From: Harriotta raleighana
Lineage: Eukaryota
Assembly: GCA_050575255.1 (NCBI GenBank)
Contig: JBNZDD010013687.1
Span: 5,995,012-6,054,609, forward strand
Direction: 5' to 3'
DNA length: 59,598 nucleotides
Made by a program: the position numbers and the translations under genes. The notes under the pieces are model-generated. The model did no database searches. It was not told the DNA's origin and saw only the letters and a program-made list of their open reading frames with translations. This document shows positions 54,397-59,598 of the stretch, piece after piece (positions within the stretch are counted from its first letter, which is position 1; each line of letters begins with the position of its first letter).

Positions 54397-56187
54397 TCAA
54401 ATGACTTTCGAAGTGATACCCAGAGACTGGTGAAACGGCTGCTCACGAAACGCCTGTCTTTTTGGTTATTCAGCTGCATTTGCTAAATACACGTACTGCA
54501 TATTGTGTTTGTGATACAGTCTAACCTGCCTCTTCAACTGTGCCTAGGGCCACCTCCAACTTCTCCCTCACTCAACCACTCAACCTGCCACTGTGCAGTA
54601 CTCTGAGATACTGTCCTGTGCGAAGGGTGTTGTATGAACATTTCTTGTTCATGATTATAAAGACTTTCACAATGGGCAGTACTTCCAGTAACTGGAAATG
54701 CAAAGCATGACTCCAAGCTACTATATATCCTGAAGTAGAGTTCCCATGGGTCAGCTGCATGCCTCATTCCGAAATGCCTTCAAGAAAATGTCTGTGCCGT
54801 CGGGTTTGTGCATTGACCCTCCCAATATCTTCCAACACAAAGCTGCTCATGTAGGCTTATTGTAACAGTGACTGTTAATATACAATAAACAATAAACCTT
54901 ATTTTTATTTCATAAACCCTGGCATGTATACAGAGCTCAAACCCTGTAGTATGTTTTTCAGCAGCGTGGAATATCATCTTGGTGTAAAAGGTTCAATACC
55001 AATGCAATTTGCTGTTGCTGTTGATGTTTGACTTGAAACGCCCTCCTGATGTGAAACACGCTCTACATGTGTAAATTTGTTGTTGTAAATACAGTTAACT
55101 TTGTCAAAATGAATCAGATTTGCATGTGTTTTCTGTGTATTCTTTTTCCATTGGCCGATGTTATGTGAGACCTCTCTGCTTTGTATACTGGCACATTCAA
55201 ACATTGCAATCTCAATGCCATCGGTGTTACTTATTTCCAGCCATTGTAAGCATACGTGATGCTACGCAAAAATAATTTGTCCCATAAATCCACCGTTTGG
55301 GGTTCTGCGTTTTGCTAACACTGTAAAATATGATAAGGTGGTGTTCCACGCTTTGAAGGAAGCTATACAAGTGCCAAAAATAAATAGTGCACATAACTGT
55401 TGAGAGTATCATTGAAAGAAGACTTATCTATATGGGCCGTGTGGAAAATTATCAATTCTTTGTTCTCGATGGAAGTGTTTTTAGTTGCGGTTTGTTGCCA
55501 CAGGGTGGCGCCCTTTATGCGGATTCAGCTGGCTATACTGTCTTTAAATAACAATACAGTATAATAAATAACAATCCCTACATTTGATATAGGGTGTATA
55601 ACAACCAAATGTCTCAAAGCACTTATTTATATGTCATTTAAACCCGACCAGCCTAACATTAATATTATGCGGATGGAAAATTGGCCCTTCACTTCTGTTT
55701 GTGGGGCATTGCTATGTGCAAATTGGTTGCCGCATTTGCCCACAAATACTCAGTTACAGAACTCTACTGTGCATCAAGTGAAGCTCTTTATAACACTAAT
55801 ACAAAAGCGCTGTATCAAACGTAAGAATTATGTGAATCACATTGAGATATCTGGATAATGTGAAAGGGTAGTGCCTTATTTCTCAATTGCAAGGATTATT
55901 TTGCAGGATTTATATCGAAGTAGAAGCACATCCTTTACATTTTGCGGCAGAAATCTTTAATTGAAATTGCTCAATCTTTAATTGGAAAGCAAAATATGGT
56001 TTGGACCCAAGTCATTAAAAAAAATTACAGAATTCCACACTTGAACAACCTGTTCACACTCAGTTTAGATTTGCACGTGAACAATAATATGTTTCCTCGA
56101 GCAAACATGGTGAGCTACCTGTGTGGGTGGGGCATAAGACAGAGGCTGGAGAGAAAGAGATTCGGGCGATTTGGAAATAGTTTCTGT

Positions 56188-56490
56188 GAAGTCCTCTATC
56201 TCAATGGTTAGAACACTTGCCTTGCAAGTGTGACACCTGGGTTTGGTTCCTGGCAGGATGAAACTTTGGGGACGTTTGCTTGCTCCACATGCCTGATAAT
56301 AATCCCTCACCCCCAAAAATAATAAATTAGTCACTTATACAGTATACCCATGACTGTTTTGGGGACATTGCTGTGGGCCACTAGCTGTGGCATTTCGCCC
56401 ACAAATATGCAGTCAATTCACTTTCAGATATACTCTTTGAGACACCTAGAAGATCTGAAAAGTGCTACATCAAATGCAAGGATTATTATT
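56188..56490 (+). mobile_element. tRNA-derived SINE, same family, tail A
   Basis: Head, body and CAAATGCAAGGATTATTATT tail. Confidence 0.85.
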
Positions 56491-57979
56491 AGAAGTAGTA
56501 TTATTGCAAAGTCCAGATGAAATTATCAGTGATCAGGAATGAATTGCACTACTGCAGTGCGATGTGATCTCGGACCACGTTGTGCTGCCCATTATAACCT
56601 CCAGGTGGCAGTACACTAAAAGTGGTTTGGCATCCACAATAGATGTCTTGTTGACTCTCAGACACCCAAAGTTGTTTTACGTGCGAGGCAATGTCTAATG
56701 CTAAGCAAGTAAATGTAACAAAACATTGCTTTCCCTCCCTTCTTTTCTAATGTTAGTCTTTATCTTTCACGCCGACAACCTACAAAATGCACAGTCTGCC
56801 AAAAGTCTGCAAAATGCAACTTCTATACACTAAACACAATTCCTATACTTAATAATGTAGTACTATATATTGTGAAAAACTTTGAGACATCCGCCCCATG
56901 TGAAAAGGCGTTGTACAAAATGTAAAGATGATTATGATTAGTCTGTAATCCTTTTGATCTTGAGATGTTATGTTGATGTAATAAGGCACAATAGCAAATG
57001 CGAGGATTATGATTTACAGTGATTATTATTATTTGCCAATTCCACCTTTTAGCCCTGATCTTCTAGATTACCTGTGCTATTACCATTGTAGGTAAAGCGG
57101 GGTGTGTCACTCTGAAAGAGTGCATGTTCCATTCCAGAACTGGAATTTCCATGTGTAAAGGGCATGCATGGATCGCTGTCTAGTTTGAATATTTGTAAAC
57201 ACCGTGATGAGTTTCCGCGTGCATCAGACCACACCCGCACCCCAGCAGAGGTCTCCAGCCCCCTTGTAATGCTACCTGACTGACCCCACGGAAATGGTGA
57301 GTTGGTTGTCTGCAATTTAGGGAATGTAAAAAGCCTCCTGATAATGGGGAATATATGATAATTAAGATAAATGGCTCAGCAGTGAGTGCTGATGTGAACG
57401 GCTCTCAAAAGGCTGTTGCAGATGATGATAAATAGACTTCGGCGGAATTCTTGGCTGACGAGTCAAATGTTCAACTTGTCAGCGGAATGGAAGCACTTAC
57501 CACTGTGTTGAGAGTCTCTTCCTTTTATGGACCAGGACTGCTCAGCCAACACTTGGGAGCAGTGGGTCATAGAGAGGGACATCTCCCAGAATGTGTTCTA
57601 GATTATAATCTAGAGCAAGAGCATTCACTTTGCGTGTTTATATAGCGGCAATGCTTCTGGCTCCCTCGCCGCTGCCCATTATGAAATGCTCAAGGGGCCA
57701 AACTTTGAAAGTGGTCTCATGGGAGAAGTCTTCCCTTAGTAACTTAGTAGTGGCTCAGTTTTTCACTAAGTCCCTTTTCAGTCTTTTTGCCTTAAGAATT
57801 AAATCTTGCGAAATTTTGGAAAATCATAATACAGTCATAAGGACTTGCATTTGCATGTAGCGTCTCTTTTTTGATTCTATATATTGTACCAGTCTCTTAA
57901 TGGAAACGTCTCAAAGTGTTTCCCAGAATTTACTGTGCCTTAAATTCCCTCTTTTTCCTGTTTCAGGTCCCAGCTGAAG

Positions 57980-58600
57980 ACTGGCAACGTCAGGTTTCTG
58001 AATCGCTCTTTGTTTTCGATTCCTTCTGTGAAGAAGACATTCGGTGATGCATTCATAGAGGGTCTGTAACGACTGTCAATAATAACGAGAATACAGTAAT
58101 GGATCTTTGCATTTGATACAGTGTCTTGTCACTTCATGGAGACATCTCGAAGCGCTTTACTTACACTGAAAAATTAAATAAATATTTTGTGTTCAAAATG
58201 CTAACTGCACTAAGAGGCGTTCCATAAACAGCCATGGATTGGATGACCATATTATTTTTTGAAAAAGAATTGAATGTGTCAGGCTATCGATTCACAACCA
58301 AGTTTCTAATACCTTCTAAGTAAACAGAAATGTTTGGAGCAAGGAAACCTGCTTAAGGTTTTGTTGTGCCTGGGAATGGACCTCAGGTCCTCTCGCTTGC
58401 GAAGGCAAGAGCTCTAACCACTATGTTACAGACTGAGCCATGGGGAATTGGAGACTGGTCTTGGGCGACGTGCTAGAATTTTGCGTTATTTTGTTTTTTG
58501 CCTGAGAGACCTTTCTGAGTGTATTAAACAAATGCAATGGAACCTCTAGTCCCGAATTAATAATTTTCAAACCATGGGTCACAAACCAGTTTATATTTTG
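57980..58600 (-). repeat. Inverted duplication, right copy (621 bp)
   Basis: Reverse complement of 46433-47053, including the non-repeat flanks on both sides of the SINE. Confidence 0.95.
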
Positions 58601-59199
58601 CATATATTGCGATGATGCATGAAACTGCCCTCCCCTGTCAAATCGAACCTGAAGAGACCAGATGTTACCATCTGAGATGTTGCTCAGATGTTACTACGAA
58701 GGAGAGGATCTAACGAACAATCGAGAAATAATAATTTATGCAGTAGTTTCTGTGCCCTTCACAAATTGGGGTATGTCTCAAAGCATTTCACGGGATTTCG
58801 CTTTGAAGTGCAGTGACTGTGTGCTTTGTCGACAATGGTGGCAGCCAGTTTGTTTACAATGACGTACACAAGCGAGTGAGTGACTGATTATATTTTATGT
58901 TGTTAATACTAAGTATTCTCTGCCCGGATAGTGCATCTTTTACTTCGAGAAGATGTCTCCAAGTCACATAACTGAGTGGGAATATGTGCTGCAGGTGAGA
59001 GGGAGCTGAGTAGAGTGGCGAATGCAGGGGTGGGCTAGGAGTGAAAGTGACTGGTAATGTGGTCTAAAAGATAGTTCTTTTAGGTGGACTCAGTGGATTA
59101 GACAGAGAGACTGTGGGGTTGAGTTCGAGAGTGGCTGAAAGCTTGTTCACTATTTAGTGGGGTATATTGGTTGGAGGATATGTTAGCTGAGGGAATGAC

Positions 59200-59598
59200 T
59201 GGGGACAGTTGGGAGGTAAGGAAGAGTGAGACATTGGCCACCACCATTTTCTGCTCTTCTACTGAGGGGGACGCGATCAATATATCGTCCACGTACTGGA
59301 GGACACGGGATGTATCAGGGACCGTGACCGACTTGAGGGCTCTAACCATGCGGAGGTGAAATATCGTAGGGGAGTTATGGAAACCCTGGGGTAGCACAGT
59401 CCAGGTGTACTGCTGACCCTGGAATGTGAACGCGAATTTGTGTTGATCTTCTAGGCGCACTGGAACACTCCAAAACCCGTTTGAGATGTCAAGGTTGGAG
59501 TATACCGAACAATCAATTGGGATCTCCTTCAGGAGAACACTCATGTTGCTAACCAAAGGGGCACACACGGGGGTTACCGAGTTCAATTGTCGGTAATC
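59200..59598 (-). mobile_element. pol: Endogenous retrovirus pol fragment (reverse transcriptase), running off the window edge and apparently truncated after the YVDD motif
   Basis: Open frame from 59598: DYRQLN...LDISNGFWSVPV...FAFTFQGQQYTWTVLPQGFHNSPTIF...LQYVDDILIAS. The LPQG and YVDD motifs are retroviral rather than gypsy (MPFGL/YLDD). Similarity fades at about 59200. Confidence 0.88.

Noticed and set aside
57597-57614. 18-bp perfect palindrome TCTAGATTATAATCTAGA
   Set aside because: Short and AT-rich; one such palindrome in 60 kb is not far from chance and has no supporting context.
46433-58600. Giant DNA transposon (Polinton or Pack-type) with 621-bp TIRs
   Set aside because: There is no target-site duplication (left flank GGGCAA, right flank CATATA), no transposase, integrase or polymerase inside, and the repeat itself contains an old SINE.

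Overview
This is repeat-rich vertebrate genomic DNA from a draft assembly (an N-gap at 1632-1712 and isolated Ns). The repeats are DeuSINE/SacSINE1-like SINEs, L2 and CR1 LINE fragments and Tigger-type MITEs, which points to a cartilaginous fish, possibly a chimaera (inference). Almost all entries in the ORF track are chance ORFs or LINE remnants. Supportable content: (1) exons 1 and 2 of a KCNK16/TALK-type two-pore K+ channel gene on the minus strand (51191-50991, 48968-48848). It has a TATA/CCAAT promoter, but the exon-1 donor reads TTAAGT, exon 2 has an in-frame TAG, and no convincing later exons are present, so it is a probable pseudogene. (2) A 621-bp inverted duplication at about 95% identity (46433-47053 / 57980-58600) that brackets this pseudogene and resembles an inversion-breakpoint scar. 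(3) A CpG-island promoter at about 34.1-35.4 kb with a chain of candidate, mostly non-coding minus-strand exons running off the left edge; the gene is not identified. (4) A retroviral-type reverse transcriptase fragment at the right edge. (5) A perfect 41-bp-stem hairpin at 44945-45034. (6) Three TA-flanked Tigger/pogo-like MITEs and many SINE/LINE copies, including a SINE variant with an L2-derived swapped tail. There is no CRISPR array, rRNA or true tRNA gene. I see no multi-gene novel system; the most interesting items are the broken and possibly inverted K2P locus, the retroviral RT and the hairpin.
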